NCBI GenBank assembly: GCA_964559665.1
Contig: CAZLHN010000001.1
Coordinates: forward strand, 1 to 24,661
DNA from: an uncultured Candidatus Saccharibacteria bacterium
Lineage (GTDB): Bacteria > Patescibacteriota > Minisyncoccia > Phycocordibacterales > SBAW01
Length of the DNA stretch: 24,661 nucleotides
Direction of reading: 5' to 3'
Below, in pieces: positions 23,606 to 24,661 of the stretch. Within the stretch, counting starts at the first letter, position 1, and each line of letters opens with the position of its first letter. Made by a program: the position numbers and the translations under genes. The notes below the pieces were generated by a model that did not search any database, was not told the origin of the DNA, and was given only the letters and a program-made list of their open reading frames with translations.

Positions 23606-23764
23606 CTACTTTTTTGCCTCTTTGTGCACGGTTTGAGCCCGGCACCACTTGCACCACTTCTTAAGCTCTATCTTGCGCTCGACAAGCTTCTTGTTCTTGG
23701 AGCTCCAATAGTTAATCCGCTTGCACTTGGTGCAGGCGAGTCGTATGAGTCGGTCTTGTGACAT
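23606..23764 (-). CDS. rpmG: 50S ribosomal protein L33 (zinc-binding C4 form)
   Basis: Hand translation: MSQDRLIRLACTKCKRINYWSSKNKKLVERKIELKKWCKWCRAQTVHKEAKK (52 aa, not in the ORF track); directly upstream of tRNA-Trp. Confidence 0.95.
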   Translation of the reverse strand: MSQDRLIRLACTKCKRINYWSSKNKKLVERKIELKKWCKWCRAQTVHKEAKK

Positions 23765-23805
23765 AAGCCCAGAGAATATACCCTATAAACCCAAAACGCG
23801 CAACT

Positions 23806-24522
23806 TTATTGCGTCGGAGTAAAGGTGCTCCCGTTCCAGATCGCCATCGTCTCCTTAAACTGGTAGGTAGAACCGTTCCATGTATAGCGGTCTACGGTAT
23901 CGCCCTGCCCCACCGTAAGATATAGATCGAGATGACCGTTTGTAAGCGTATTCGATAGACCTACCACGCCTCCTCCAGAAGTGCTGAATACCTTTGCCCA
24001 GGTGCTGCCCGTTTTTTTGTAGATATCGAGCGTGCAGCCGCCCGTGCCGCAGAAGCTCGGCAAATTTTCGTACACAATGGCCTCGGGCGTGCCGTCGTCG
24101 GTCAGGTCAACCAGGGCGACCTCTATCGGGAATGGCGGATTTTGCGGGTACGCCTTTTTGTCGGCGGCCACGTCGGCCGCGTAAAGCGCATAGAGCTTCC
24201 CCAGATCGCCGGTCGAAGTCGCCGTAGCATCGACAAACTGCGCCTCGGTGCCCAAAATCTGCGGAAAGAGTGCTGCATAGGCGGCATTGATGTCCGCAGG
24301 CGGCTGTTGCGCCGTGCTTGAGGGCTGGGCCGTAGTGTCATTGGGCACCGTGACGGTGCTTGAGTTATCTATCCCTCCGTTATTATTTTGCGTCGTCTGC
24401 CCGGGCTGGGATGGGCTCGAGGCCTTTGGCATGAACACAAAGAACCAGATCGCCAATCCCCCGGCAATGACGAGCAGTCCGAGTATCAGGGCGATGAGTA
24501 TTTTAGATATCGTTGATTGCAT
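23806..24522 (-). CDS. membrane-anchored extracytoplasmic protein with CGTGGC motif
   Basis: N-terminal TM helix, Q/T/P linker, DLTDDGTPEAIV and FCGTGGCTLDIY; TACACT 6 nt before ATG 24522. Confidence 0.8.
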   Translation of the reverse strand: MQSTISKILIALILGLLVIAGGLAIWFFVFMPKASSPSQPGQTTQNNNGGIDNSSTVTVPNDTTAQPSSTAQQPPADINAAYAALFPQILGTEAQFVDATATSTGDLGKLYALYAADVAADKKAYPQNPPFPIEVALVDLTDDGTPEAIVYENLPSFCGTGGCTLDIYKKTGSTWAKVFSTSGGGVVGLSNTLTNGHLDLYLTVGQGDTVDRYTWNGSTYQFKETMAIWNGSTFTPTQ

Positions 24523-24536
24523 ACGTGTAGTGTACC

Positions 24537-24661
24537 TCAATTGCCGCAGGCTTTGGCGACATATGTAGTGGCGGCAGCCGGGACGCCGTGGTCTTTTTGC
24601 ACATTGCCTGCCCCTTGGTAGTACGCGGCGGCGGTAAGCTCACACGAGCCGTTAAACTCTT
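24537..24661 (-). CDS. C-terminal 40 aa of a probable lytic transglycosylase (SLT-like) protein, 5'-truncated by window edge
   Basis: Hand translation EFNGSCELTAAAYYQGAGNVQKDHGVPAAATTYVAKACGN* resembles the SLT 'AAYNAGxGxV...P...T..YV' motif. Confidence 0.6.
   Translation of the reverse strand, partial: EFNGSCELTAAAYYQGAGNVQKDHGVPAAATTYVAKACGN

Overview
24.7 kb of a bacterial chromosome using genetic code 11. Gene style suggests Patescibacteria/CPR (Parcubacteria-like); this is inference, not a database result. The backbone is housekeeping: tRNA-Gln, dnaX, dus, ftsQ, serS, dprA-topA, rel, parB, tRNA-Leu, miaA, tRNA-Trp and rpmG. Between dus and ftsQ (about 4260-10330) lies an accessory block with a complete five-gene ubiquitin-like conjugation cassette on the minus strand. 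In order it encodes a large E2/UBC-fold protein with three tandem ~160-aa repeats and a coiled coil, a JAB/MPN+ protease, a ThiF/E1-like enzyme, a second beta-grasp protein without a terminal Gly, and a Ubl ending in -KGN. The operon has a consensus sigma70 promoter, a ~210-nt multi-hairpin leader and a ~240-nt multi-hairpin trailer with alternative pairings, and it is flanked by small promoter-to-terminator units. Other accessory items are an unannotated AT-rich ORF downstream of tRNA-Gln, a PP2C phosphatase, tandem histidine phosphatases and a divergent pyrF/pyrE pair after tRNA-Leu. Many core genes look leaderless (-10 box 6-9 nt before the start), whereas most accessory genes carry Shine-Dalgarno sites.
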